From Candidatus Poribacteria bacterium (lineage in GTDB: Bacteria; Poribacteria; WGA-4E; PCPOR2b), in NCBI GenBank assembly GCA_965215015.1, contig OZ244042.1, positions 288,001 through 352,000 of the forward strand: a stretch of 64,000 nucleotides of DNA. The letters are read 5' to 3'. Position 1 is the first letter of the stretch. The number at the start of each line of letters is the position of its first letter. A program made the translations under genes and the position numbers. Positions 1-9,689 of the stretch are shown one piece after another. Under the pieces are notes generated by a model, which ran no database searches, was not told the DNA's origin, and was given only the letters and a program-made list of their open reading frames with translations.

Positions 1-208
1 CAAAAGCAGTTGGGAAAGCACCGAGTAGGTTCTTGCCCGATAGAAGTTTCTCAATGACCTCACGTTGACCTGCGCGGAAGTCATCATACCCGAAATGCTT
101 TTTCAACGCTAGGCGTGGGTCTGGCAGGTTGTCTGGAGCATTATTTAGAACCGCGTCGCCTTGATTAAACAAGCTGTCAATTACTTTAGAGATAGCTTTG
201 ATAATCAA
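1..208 (-). CDS. RecQ-family ATP-dependent DNA helicase, N-terminal part (runs off the window edge; not in the ORF track)
   Basis: Manual translation from TTG at 208 (RBS GAGGAG upstream): MIIKAISK...ALKKHFGYDDFRAGQREVIEKLLSGKNLLGAFPTAF(G), matching RecQ motif 0 (LxxxFGxxxFRxxQ) and the start of Walker A. Confidence 0.8.
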   Translation of the reverse strand, partial: MIIKAISKVIDSLFNQGDAVLNNAPDNLPDPRLALKKHFGYDDFRAGQREVIEKLLSGKNLLGAFPTAF

Positions 209-557
209 TAGGAAACTCCTCTCTTTGGATAAACGGGCGATAAATCACTCAACTACCTCCGGGACGATTAAAATGCCACAAAATCAGTGAAAAATCAACA
301 CTTTTTTGGCGAAAGAAAATTTGTAACACATCTTAATGAGGAATTGGCATAATATCGTTAGGTGCTTACCATTACTCCCACCTATAGGAGCTACGGACTT
401 GAGTGTATCGTAACGCCATTCAACCCGCATCACCATAGACCATAAATCGCCCGACAGTACTTTGGGGTTCACTGTCGCCGCCCGATGAATCGCCGAGGAT
501 ACCATGACTAGAGCACAAGAGTCATGACTCCACCAATCATGAACATTGCACTCGTTC

Positions 558-919
558 GTAGTAGTGCAATTCATTGCACGTGGAGGCAGGTTTGTAGTAG
601 TGCAATTCATTGCACGTCCAACCACATAAGTACTAAACCACTTCAAACATAACTTCAGTTCGTAGTAGTGCAATTCATTGCACGTGGAGGCAGGTTTGTA
701 GCAGCGCAATTCATTGCACGTCCAACCACATAAGTACTAACCGAAACATGACTTCAGTTTGTAGTAGTGCAATTTATTGCACGTGGAGGCAGGTTTGTAG
801 TAGCGCAATTCATTGCATGTCCAACCACATAAGTACTAAACCACTTCAAACATGACTTCAGTTTGTAGTAGTGCAATTCATTGCACGTCCAACCCCATAA
901 GTACTAAACCACTTCAAAC
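558..919 (+). repeat. BIME-like array of 7 GTAG-type REP palindromes
   Basis: GTAGTAGTGCAATTCATTGCACG (or near copies) at 558, 594, 662, 698, 761, 797, 865, separated by alternating repeated 13-nt and 40-45-nt linkers. Confidence 0.9.
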
Positions 920-939
920 GCTAAAAAAGAGACTAAATT

Positions 940-968
940 TTGACAAATTAAAGTGGGTATGCTATGCT
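940..968 (+). promoter_or_regulatory. sigma70-type promoter with extended -10
   Basis: TTGACA(940-945), 17 nt, TATGCT(963-968) preceded by TG. Confidence 0.65.
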
Positions 969-1249
969 CTTGATGTGATTAACTCAAGCCGCTGCGAGTA
1001 AAGTAGGGAAGAATGAACATTGCATCCAACTCTTAGTGGATTAAGACTCACTCATAACCCCAGCGGGGTGAGATGGTGCTTTGGGTCGAGGTCCAACAGA
1101 TCGAGAAAATTACTGCACGTCGTTCAGCAACCCGAATCTTACGTAAATTTGGTCATTTCTAGTAGGGGTCGAATATGGAAACTCGACCTACGGCTTATCC
1201 AGCAACTTACGTGTGATTAGTATCCTTGTTTCAATATGGAGATCCACCT

Positions 1250-2140
1250 ATGGCAACAGACTCGACTGTAACCGTTGAAGATATTGAAGTATTTGCGGAC
1301 GCCCTAGACCCCCAAGCGGCTGCGGAAACATTTAAGAAGCACGGCGCGCTTGTCGTCCGTGGGCTGATGAAACCCTACATTGATGAAATCCACCGAGACA
1401 TTGAAGCGGCTGCCGCGGAGTCAATCGCTTCATTTGATTGTGCGGAAAAAATTGTGGAGGGGTGGCGAACGCCAAACGGTACACTTTTCCTGCCCGCACC
1501 AGCCGGCTACTCCCGTGATAAACAGATCATGGTCCTAGCAATCAACTACTTTACCAGTGCTGCGTTTTTCCGCTCTGCCCTTGATGAGCGCGCGTTGGAC
1601 ATTGTTGAGGCGATTCTGGGGCAGGCTGTCGAGGTTTACGGCAACGGACAGTGTCTCTATAAAGAGCCGGTCGGAGGACATCCGAAACATCTGCATCAGG
1701 ATTCCGCCTACTTTGAACACCGCTACGAAGGTCCTGTGGGGATTCTGAACTATGTGGTAGATACAGATCTGGTAAATGGAGCACTGCATGTCGTCCCCGG
1801 TTCACACCGCCTTGGTCAACTCAAACATATTGATACCTTTTCGCATCTCGGCTTAGATGATGATGAATGGCCCTGGGAACGAGCACTGCCGATTATTGGT
1901 AAAGCGGGAGACTCCATCTTTTTCCACGTTAAGATGATTCACGGCTCTAAGCAGAATCACTCGGACAAGCCGCGTCCGGTGTTTATTAACCGTTACCGAC
2001 GGGTGGACGATTACGTTGTTATTGGTGGAACCACCACCGCAAATCGTGCAGAAGCGGAGAAACGCGCTGCCGAGGCGAAGAAAACAAATGAACAACGTGG
2101 GCTGATGGTTCGCGGTTTCCGCCCCTACACCGAAGGGTAA
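1250..2140 (+). CDS. PhyH-family Fe(II)/2-oxoglutarate dioxygenase
   Basis: HQD motif, NGALHVVPGSH, distal IHGS; RBS GGAG before ATG 1250. Confidence 0.9.
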   Translation: MATDSTVTVEDIEVFADALDPQAAAETFKKHGALVVRGLMKPYIDEIHRDIEAAAAESIASFDCAEKIVEGWRTPNGTLFLPAPAGYSRDKQIMVLAINYFTSAAFFRSALDERALDIVEAILGQAVEVYGNGQCLYKEPVGGHPKHLHQDSAYFEHRYEGPVGILNYVVDTDLVNGALHVVPGSHRLGQLKHIDTFSHLGLDDDEWPWERALPIIGKAGDSIFFHVKMIHGSKQNHSDKPRPVFINRYRRVDDYVVIGGTTTANRAEAEKRAAEAKKTNEQRGLMVRGFRPYTEG

Positions 2141-2161
2141 AAAGATCTCTAGAAGTAAAAA

Positions 2162-3028
2162 ATGAAATCAATCGGCTTCGTACAGAAAAAAGCTGCCCCT
2201 GTCGTCGAGAGTCTTGCAAGACTGGAAGGCGTGCAGGCAATCTTGTGCTTCGGTTCCTATGCGATGGGTACGTTTGATGAATACTCAGATCTGGACCTTT
2301 TCGTGTTCTGCGAACCTGAGGTTGTTTCGGTATCGGAGAGGCGGCGAATCTTAGAGAGTGCCCAAGGTGTGACCCACTTTGAGGAGACCGACACCGCCGC
2401 GGGGTGGGATTCCCAGTGGTCCCCACAAGGCGACTCTCTCTGCGTGAACGGGGAGTTGTTTGAGATTTCGTACAACACAACAGACTGGATTAGAACCGTT
2501 GTCAGGCAAGTTACACAGGAGGGTGTGACATCTATTCCTGAACAAAAGTTCCGTCCCTATACGATGCTTGGGCTTTTGGAAAATGGAATCATTCTGTACG
2601 ATCCCGATTCATTATTGGGACATCTTATCGATTGTCTCTATCCTTATCCGATCCAGCTCAAGCAGCGGTTGATTTCAGATAGCCTGCCCACTCTGAAAGA
2701 TTGCATCGCAGAACTTAAAGACGGGGTCAAGAGAGGCTTGGGGCTTACATTTTTCCATTTCTTTTTTCACAGAATGTGTGATGCACTTCACACCCTTCTG
2801 TACGCCATAAATAAAAAATATGATCCAGCGGTCAAACGGCCTGAGGTGGAATACGAAAAGCTGAGTGTATTACCTCCCAATTTTCTTGAGAGATACGCCA
2901 AACTCCTTGAGGGGCCCTTCGATATGAACGGGAGGCGGCGAGCCATTGGTGAGCTAGAAACCCTCGTCACCGAGATTGAGATGCTGATTACTGAATCACA
3001 TGGAGGAAAGAACTATGGCAATGACTGA
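2162..3028 (+). CDS. Pol-beta superfamily nucleotidyltransferase with helical C-terminal (DUF4037-like) domain
   Basis: FGSYAMGTFDEYSDLD = GS...DxD signature. Confidence 0.75.
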   Translation: MKSIGFVQKKAAPVVESLARLEGVQAILCFGSYAMGTFDEYSDLDLFVFCEPEVVSVSERRRILESAQGVTHFEETDTAAGWDSQWSPQGDSLCVNGELFEISYNTTDWIRTVVRQVTQEGVTSIPEQKFRPYTMLGLLENGIILYDPDSLLGHLIDCLYPYPIQLKQRLISDSLPTLKDCIAELKDGVKRGLGLTFFHFFFHRMCDALHTLLYAINKKYDPAVKRPEVEYEKLSVLPPNFLERYAKLLEGPFDMNGRRRAIGELETLVTEIEMLITESHGGKNYGND

Positions 3029-3821
3029 GGAGGAACGTTTCCGTTTTGACTTAACCGGTTTTCTGGTACGTCCGGCTATCCTTACGCCAGAGGAGATTAC
3101 TGCGATTAAAGATCAGATATACCATATCAGGCACGATCTGGAATCTTTGCCGCCAGAACATCGCGCTGTACCGAGCGGGCCGTCGGGTGTGCTGATTGAT
3201 CATCCGAAGGTGATTGAAGTGCTGCACGAAATTATCGGACCCGATATTCGACTTGAGAATAGCTACTGTGTCTGGCGCCGGAAGGGGGAAGCGCACGGAG
3301 ACCTTCACGGTGGTGGCCCCCAACAGGCGGATCCCATCTTCGGTTATCGTGTTCGGAACGGACGGATTCACGCGGGGATGGTGCGTGTTGTCTTTGAGCT
3401 GACCGATGTCGGCAAGGAGGATGGCGGGACACATTTCATTGTCGGCAGCCACAAGGCGAATTTTCCGATGCACCCAGATCACCTATCGTTGGAGCCGGGA
3501 AAGCGGAGCCCGTTTTTGATGAGCTATGATTGCCCAGCCGGTAGTGCCGTCTTTTTCACAGAAAACGTCTGTCACGCCGGACCCGTGTGGCAACGGGCAG
3601 AACCGCGCGTCGCCGTGCTCAACGCCTACGCGCATCTTGCAACCCATTGGCATCGGTTGACCATTCCACCTGAAGTGATAGCCGGACTGCCACGAGAAAA
3701 GCAAGCATATTTCCGTGAGCCGTGGATTGCTGATTTCCGGACCCGCCCGGCGACTCACAATACAATGGAACGTTTTCTTAATAATGATGAGCCATCGGTG
3801 AATACCGATCGCCGTCCCTGA
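3015..3821 (+). CDS. PhyH-like dioxygenase (HGDLHGGG type), tandem paralog A
   Basis: EERFRFDLTGFLV N-terminus, GGTHFIVGSHKANF, distal CHAG; RBS GGAGG. Confidence 0.85.
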   Translation: MAMTEEERFRFDLTGFLVRPAILTPEEITAIKDQIYHIRHDLESLPPEHRAVPSGPSGVLIDHPKVIEVLHEIIGPDIRLENSYCVWRRKGEAHGDLHGGGPQQADPIFGYRVRNGRIHAGMVRVVFELTDVGKEDGGTHFIVGSHKANFPMHPDHLSLEPGKRSPFLMSYDCPAGSAVFFTENVCHAGPVWQRAEPRVAVLNAYAHLATHWHRLTIPPEVIAGLPREKQAYFREPWIADFRTRPATHNTMERFLNNDEPSVNTDRRP

Positions 3822-3844
3822 ACCCGACAGATGGAGGAAGCAAT

Positions 3845-4651
3845 ATGGCAATGACCGAAGAGGAACGTTTCCGATTTGATTTAGCCGGTTTTTTAGTCCG
3901 TCCAGCGATTTTGACGCCCGATGAGGTTGCTGCAATTGTTGACCAAGCCGACCGGATTCGGCACAATCCTAAGTCCCTGCCCCCGGAGCATCGGTCAATT
4001 CCGGGGGGAGCGGCAAGTCTGCTAATCAATCACCCAAAGGTGATTGAAGTGTTGCACGAAATTATCGGACCCGATGTTCGACTGGAGGCTTGTGGATTGA
4101 CTTGGCGACTGAAAGGGGAGGCGCACGGCGAGCTGCACGGTGGTGGCCCCCAACAGGCGGATCCCATCTTCGGCTATCGTGTCCAGAACGGACGGATCCA
4201 GGCGGGGATGGTACGGGTCGTTTTTGAACTGACCGATGTGAAGAAGGAGGACGGGGCAACCTGCTTTATTGTCGGCAGCCACAAGGCAAACTTCCCAATG
4301 CACCCAGATCACATGTCGTGGGAAGATGGGAAAGAGAGCGAGTTTTTGGTGCGTTATGAATGCCCGGCGGGCAGTGCCATCTTTTTTACAGAAAACCTCT
4401 GTCATGCCGGACCTATCTGGAAACGAGATACGCCGCGTATCGCCATTCTTCACGCTTATGCACATCTTGCCACCCACTGGCATCGCCTCAAGATTCCACC
4501 CGAAGTGATGGCGGGCTTACCGCGTGAAAAGCAAGCATATTTCCGTGAACCATGGGTTGCCGACTTCCGAACCGCTCCCGCAACCATCAACACAATTGAA
4601 CGTTTTATGGATAACGATGAACCGCCGGTAAATACAGACCATCAACCCTGA
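3845..4651 (+). CDS. PhyH-like dioxygenase (HGELHGGG type), tandem paralog B
   Basis: Same length (268 aa) and colinear with 3015-3821, with long identical DNA stretches. Confidence 0.85.
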   Translation: MAMTEEERFRFDLAGFLVRPAILTPDEVAAIVDQADRIRHNPKSLPPEHRSIPGGAASLLINHPKVIEVLHEIIGPDVRLEACGLTWRLKGEAHGELHGGGPQQADPIFGYRVQNGRIQAGMVRVVFELTDVKKEDGATCFIVGSHKANFPMHPDHMSWEDGKESEFLVRYECPAGSAIFFTENLCHAGPIWKRDTPRIAILHAYAHLATHWHRLKIPPEVMAGLPREKQAYFREPWVADFRTAPATINTIERFMDNDEPPVNTDHQP

Positions 4652-4692
4652 AGTGAAACGAAATGATGTATGAAACGTAATACAAGGAGATA

Positions 4693-5433
4693 TTGATGCT
4701 TACTGATGCAGAAAAAGCCCACCTTGATGAACACGGCTTTGTACTTTTGAAAAATGCTATCACAACCGATCACGCGGACGCACTCCGTGAGCGATCGCTG
4801 ACACTCGCTGAGCAGGAGCGAGAGGTCTTAAAAGAGCATGTGTATCTGGATGACAAGGGGCAACGGGTGTGGAATCTGGTGGACAAAGGCGAGTTGTTTG
4901 AAAGCGCAATTCAATACCCTCGCGTACTCAACGCAATAGAGTATCTGCTCGGTGAGGACTGTACGCTCAGTTCCTTTACTGTGAACATTATCGGCCCCGG
5001 TGCGCCGGAGGGCGGGCTTCACATTGACCATCCCTTGAGTGGGATGCCGACGCCTCGTCCAAGCTTTGCCCTGTCTGCTAATAGTGTTTGGTTTCTCGAT
5101 GATTTTACACTTGAGAACGGTGCGACCCGTTGTGTCCCCGGGAGTCACCGCCGACTGGAATCCCGGCCCGAACCGGGCGTTAGTTACAACGACGCAGTGC
5201 AGATCACCGGTCCGAAGGGTTCTGTGATGATTATCAACGGGTCCCTGTGGCACGCCTCATCTACGAACCATACCGATCGCGCTCGTGTTTGTCTGCTCGG
5301 TTTCTTCTGTCGTGCTTTTATGAAGCCACAACAAGATCAGCAGAAAATCGTTTCTGAAGAAGTTATTGCGCGTGCGACGCCAACGTTGAAGCGACTGCTC
5401 GGCTTTGATTCCATGCCGAATACCAACGCGTAA
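4693..5433 (+). CDS. PhyH-family dioxygenase
   Basis: LHID motif, DFTLENGATRCVPGSH, LWHA. Confidence 0.9.
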   Translation: MMLTDAEKAHLDEHGFVLLKNAITTDHADALRERSLTLAEQEREVLKEHVYLDDKGQRVWNLVDKGELFESAIQYPRVLNAIEYLLGEDCTLSSFTVNIIGPGAPEGGLHIDHPLSGMPTPRPSFALSANSVWFLDDFTLENGATRCVPGSHRRLESRPEPGVSYNDAVQITGPKGSVMIINGSLWHASSTNHTDRARVCLLGFFCRAFMKPQQDQQKIVSEEVIARATPTLKRLLGFDSMPNTNA

Positions 5434-5455
5434 ACCCGACGGGATAGATTTTGAT

Positions 5456-5919
5456 ATGAACATCAAAAGCGGAGATATTATACAATCCAATCGCTGGCCC
5501 GAACCTGTAGAAATTGAACTCGTGGAAGAGATGGAAGAGGTGGAGGGATACGTCCGTCTCGTTGGCTATCGTCATCAATTGCCTTTTCTGGATCTGAAGC
5601 GATTCTCCGAGAGGACCTCTGTATTGCCCAGAGTGGAATGAACCTAAAAGACCCACCGGAATCTATCCCTCCACCGGAGCCTATCCCTTCAACGAAGCCT
5701 CCCAAACCATCGCTAGACGGACGCGACAGTGTTCGACTGAAGTTCACAGTTCCGAAAGGGAAGGTGTCGGGCCTCCTGGGTATGATGAGTTTGCTGCAAT
5801 CGAATTTCAATAACCTTCAAATTGAGTTACTGGCGACAGAGGGGCAGATGTCTAATCAGGATTACGAAGATAAAATCAAAGAGACATTTGTGCAATTAGA
5901 GATTAATCCGGAGGAATAA
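5456..5919 (+). pseudogene. Fused gene remnants: start of an SNF2-type helicase joined to the end of a DUF499-type ATPase
   Basis: MNIKSGDIIQSNRWPEPVEIELVEE...YVRLVG, then a frame change into SIAFSGSEAILREDLC...KFTVPKGKVSGLLGMMSLLQSNF...DYEDKIKETFVQLEI; family assignment from recalled similarity only. Confidence 0.5.
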
Positions 5920-5972
5920 AACTTTAGAGGTCTATTTCCGAGAGCAGATTCGGAAAAAACAAGAAGGAAACG

Positions 5973-6371
5973 ATGATGCCAACCGCTTTTGAAGCAATTG
6001 ACAGATGGATTGACGAGGCACGCGCCAAACTAAAAGATGGAGGGCTTCAGCAGGGAGATCTGGATCAACTCCGCTGTATTATCAGCGCAAATCGGGTGCA
6101 CACACGACAACGGCTGCTCTATCTCCATGCGGCGACACCGAGCATCCGCTCTCAGGTCATCGGGATGGCGTTGCACGAACCTGTGCAGGGATTGGTGACG
6201 GAGATTGTAACAGAGGAGCAGGAGTGGCCCTACGATACGGTACACGACGCAATTCTGGACGGTTGGCAGGTCATCCACTTTCCGGATCAGCGAACAGAAT
6301 TTGATGACCGAGAAATTGACATCTTGGGCTACGAATTTATCCTACAAAAATTGGAGGTTTACAATGGCTGA
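5973..6371 (+). CDS. Conserved hypothetical protein coupled to the downstream PhyH
   Basis: RBS AAGGA, 132 aa, 8-nt overlap with the next gene. Confidence 0.7.
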   Translation: MMPTAFEAIDRWIDEARAKLKDGGLQQGDLDQLRCIISANRVHTRQRLLYLHAATPSIRSQVIGMALHEPVQGLVTEIVTEEQEWPYDTVHDAILDGWQVIHFPDQRTEFDDREIDILGYEFILQKLEVYNG

Positions 6372-7122
6372 CAAACCGTATCTATTGAGCGACGACGAAA
6401 TCATCTCTTTTATCATTCACGGTTCCCACATTGTTGAGCCTGATTTCCCCGAAGGCTTCAATGAATCGATTTACGCTGAGCTTGAGGCCTTGGATATTCA
6501 ACGAAACAATCCGGGCGATGGGATTTTGGACAAAGTTCCGAAACTTTATCAGGTATACGACCATCCCAAAGTACGCGGCGCATTGGTGAGTCTGCTCGGT
6601 GAAGATGTCCAGATGAACGGTCATCGACACTGTCACGTGAATCCGCCCGGCACGCGAAGTCAGTCATGGCATCAAGATGGCACTAACAAGCGGCATCATC
6701 ACATCCAAACTGTCTTGGCGATGTACTATCCCCAAGATGTGCCCGCAGAACTCGGACCGACGGTGATTATGCCCGGCACACACTTCCGCAATACCCCGAC
6801 CGATCGCATGGCGACCTATGCCAACTTCCGTGAGCAGGTACCCCTCACCGTCAAGGCAGGGACGGTGGCGATCACGCACTACGACATCTGGCACGCCGCA
6901 GCCGCGAATCGTGGGACGAAAACACGCTACATGCTTAAGTTCCTCTTTAGCCGTGGCAGCGAACCGAAATCGCCAAGTTGGAACCACCATCCGGAGGAGG
7001 CTGCCGCCTCGATGCGTCGCTTTACCTTTGAGCGGGCATGTGCCTGTTCCCAATCGGATCATTACAAGGAACGCGGGTTGCGTATGGAAATGTGGGAGCA
7101 TCTTGTTGGAAAAACGGCATGA
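6364..7122 (+). CDS. PhyH-family dioxygenase
   Basis: WHQD motif, GPTVIMPGTH, IWHA; RBS GGAGG before ATG 6364. Confidence 0.9.
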   Translation: MADKPYLLSDDEIISFIIHGSHIVEPDFPEGFNESIYAELEALDIQRNNPGDGILDKVPKLYQVYDHPKVRGALVSLLGEDVQMNGHRHCHVNPPGTRSQSWHQDGTNKRHHHIQTVLAMYYPQDVPAELGPTVIMPGTHFRNTPTDRMATYANFREQVPLTVKAGTVAITHYDIWHAAAANRGTKTRYMLKFLFSRGSEPKSPSWNHHPEEAAASMRRFTFERACACSQSDHYKERGLRMEMWEHLVGKTA

Positions 7123-7229
7123 TAACCACATGATAACCAATGGTTTTAATTTGCAAGCTGCTGATACGCTCTCCGGTCAAAGACAGAGAGTGAAACGTGA
7201 AACCGAATCGTCTCGTTTTCTCATTATGG

Positions 7230-7551
7230 CTCAATGAACTAGTGAAGCAATGAACTCCTGAACATCGCCGAGGCGGTGTTGTTTGCTGATGAGTTGTCGC
7301 AACCGAAAATCCAAGTGCTCGTTGACTTTTATCACCAGATGCTTAAGGGAGAGGTTTGATGAGATCGGCCGCACGGGAGATCGAATTGCACACCGGGCAG
7401 CGGCAAATACGATTATCAGCGTTTTGCCAGAAGCCTTGCTGATGCTGGACACAATCAGCGGGGCTCTGTGGAGTGCAATTTTAGGGATTTCGATAAGGAA
7501 GTATCTCAATCAATTCAGTTTCTGCACGAGGTATTCAACGCAGAGCAGTAA
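7230..7551 (+). pseudogene. Frameshifted C-terminal fragment of a sugar-phosphate isomerase/epimerase (xylose isomerase-like TIM barrel)
   Basis: Across three frames: LNIAEAVLFADELSQPKIQVLVDFYHQM / DEIGRTGDRIAH / PGSGKYDYQRFARSLADAGHNQRGSVECNF...*. Confidence 0.65.
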
Positions 7552-7615
7552 GACATTTCAGGGCTCATAGAGGCTTGAACTTACCTTTAAGCCTTGATAC
7601 AAAGGGATATTTTAC

Positions 7616-7644
7616 TTGACACGCTTATAGTCCAATGCTATAAT
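7616..7644 (+). promoter_or_regulatory. Consensus sigma70 promoter of the Pup-proteasome operon
   Basis: TTGACA(7616-7621), 17 nt, TATAAT(7639-7644) with extended TG. Confidence 0.85.
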
Positions 7645-7860
7645 CTACCCTATTCTTGAGCAGTATGGTGACGCCCGGGAGTCAGATTGCGATAGAAATT
7701 GATCGAATCTGCCCCCGGATGAATTTTCGGTTACAGATTCAAATCTTAGCAGCAAAATCCTTTGGGAGATAATAAGACGAGATGGTGCTCTACTCCCCGC
7801 CAGTATCGTGATAGAACCCATCCCGTAATTCTAAAAGATAGATACCGAGGTAAGGTTACT

Positions 7861-9681
7861 ATGGCTACCATCAAGAACCCATCCGAAAAGAAAGATTCGG
7901 GAAATACCTTTAAGGAAATGCAAGATCGGACGAATCTATCCGCACCTCCCTCAGAGCGGATTACCTCCGAAAGAAAGATTCGTGAGCTAACATTCACTAT
8001 CGAGTCGTTGGAGAGCGAGATTGATGATTTGAGAAGACGCTTAAACGCTGCTCCTTCCGACGATGTTGAAGTTCGTCTCTACGAAATGACCCGCGACTTA
8101 ATGCACGCCCACCGTAGAAATCGGAAGTTGACCAGCACCCTTCAAGAAGCCAAAGAGAAACTAGAACAGTTGAAGGAGAAGGTTGAACAGCTCAGTGCCC
8201 CACCGAATAACTACGGCGTTTTCCTTCAATCAAACGATGACGGAACCCTTGATATTGACCTTGGCGGCAAAAGGTGGCGCGTCAACGCCGATCCGGAGAT
8301 TAACGCCGATCAGCTTCAAAAAGGGCAAGAGGTCATCGTCAACGGTGTGATGAACGTTGTGAATGTTAGGGAATTTGAGCGGCAAGGTGAAGTGGTCAAA
8401 GTCAAGGAAATGCTTGACGATAACCGTGTGCTTGTGAATCTACGCGCCGATGAAGAGCGAGTTGTGGAAGTATCAGATCCGCTCAACCAAGAGGAACTTA
8501 AGTTTGGGGATAATGTCATGCTGAATCCAATCACCGGGATGGTTATGGAAAAATTGCCCAAACTTGAAGTTGAAGACCTGCTGCTCGAAGAGGTGCCGGA
8601 CATTAAATATTCGGATATTGGGGGATTAAATGAACAGATTGAGGCGATTCGGGACGCTATTGAAACGCCTTACCTCTATCCCAGTGAATACAAGGAATTC
8701 CAGTTAAAGCCTCCGAAAGGGGTGCTGCTTTATGGACCCCCCGGCTGCGGCAAAACGTTAATTGCCAAGGCGGTCGCCAATAGTCTAGCAGCTAGGGTCA
8801 GAGAACAGACAGGTAGAGATGATATAGAAAGTTATTTTATCAATATCAAGGGGCCCGAGCTACTCAATAAGTATGTTGGCGAAACGGAGCGAAAGATTCG
8901 AGAGGTCTTCCAGAAAGCCAAGGATAAGTCCAAAGAAGGAGTTCCGGTCATTATCTTCTTCGATGAGATGGATTCGCTTTTCCGATCCAGAGGTATGGGT
9001 ATTTCGTCCGATATGGAGTCAACGGTGGTGCCCCAATTCCTCGCTGAGATCGATGGCGTCGAGGGACTCAGAGATGTGGTTGTCATTGGTGCAAGCAACC
9101 GCCAAGACCTTCTGGACCCCGCCGTTTTACGCCCCGGCCGGTTAGATATCAAGATTAAGGTTGATCGCCCCGAAGCTGAGGGGGCAAAGGATATTTTCGC
9201 CATATACCTGACGCCGGACCTGCCGATTGCCCCTTCAGTGTTAGAAAAGTTTGAGGGCGATCGGGAAAAAGCGGTTCGGTCCCTCACCGACCAAGCGATA
9301 GAGAAGATGTATGCGACCACCGACGAAAACAAATTTATTGAGGTGACTTACAATCGTGGGGAACGTGAAACGCTCTACTTTAAGGATTTTGCGAGTGGGG
9401 CGATGATTGAAAACATCGTTGATCGTGCCAAAAAGATGGCGATCAAACGGCTGATCGATTCTGAAGGGAAAGAGAAGGGCATTACCCTTGATGACCTCGA
9501 ACGTGCAATCCAAGAAGAATATAAGGAGAATGAAGATCTGCCTAACACCACCAATCCCGACGATTGGGCGAAGATATCGGGACGGAAAGGCGATAGAATC
9601 GTCAACATTAAGGCATTGACCCACGAACCAGAGCCGAAAAGACGGGATGTAAGAACCGTCAAAGGTGGGGCTTACCTCTAA
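7861..9681 (+). CDS. arc: Proteasome-associated AAA+ ATPase ARC/Mpa
   Basis: N-terminal coiled coil, OB domains, GPPGCGKT, FFDEMD, DLPNTTNPDDWAKISG, C-terminal HbYX tail GAYL. Confidence 0.97.
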   Translation: MATIKNPSEKKDSGNTFKEMQDRTNLSAPPSERITSERKIRELTFTIESLESEIDDLRRRLNAAPSDDVEVRLYEMTRDLMHAHRRNRKLTSTLQEAKEKLEQLKEKVEQLSAPPNNYGVFLQSNDDGTLDIDLGGKRWRVNADPEINADQLQKGQEVIVNGVMNVVNVREFERQGEVVKVKEMLDDNRVLVNLRADEERVVEVSDPLNQEELKFGDNVMLNPITGMVMEKLPKLEVEDLLLEEVPDIKYSDIGGLNEQIEAIRDAIETPYLYPSEYKEFQLKPPKGVLLYGPPGCGKTLIAKAVANSLAARVREQTGRDDIESYFINIKGPELLNKYVGETERKIREVFQKAKDKSKEGVPVIIFFDEMDSLFRSRGMGISSDMESTVVPQFLAEIDGVEGLRDVVVIGASNRQDLLDPAVLRPGRLDIKIKVDRPEAEGAKDIFAIYLTPDLPIAPSVLEKFEGDREKAVRSLTDQAIEKMYATTDENKFIEVTYNRGERETLYFKDFASGAMIENIVDRAKKMAIKRLIDSEGKEKGITLDDLERAIQEEYKENEDLPNTTNPDDWAKISGRKGDRIVNIKALTHEPEPKRRDVRTVKGGAYL

Positions 9682-9689
9682 GATAGATT

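Noticed and set aside
284-709. 141-aa minus-strand ORF
   Set aside because: Largely a translation of the REP array (RAMNCTTT repeats)
558-919. CRISPR array
   Set aside because: The linkers repeat rather than being unique, the repeats are GTAG REP palindromes found elsewhere in the window, and no cas genes are present
7778-7825. Fluoride riboswitch
   Set aside because: Only GAGATGGTG resembles the motif; the conserved downstream pseudoknot segment is absent and the gene context does not fit
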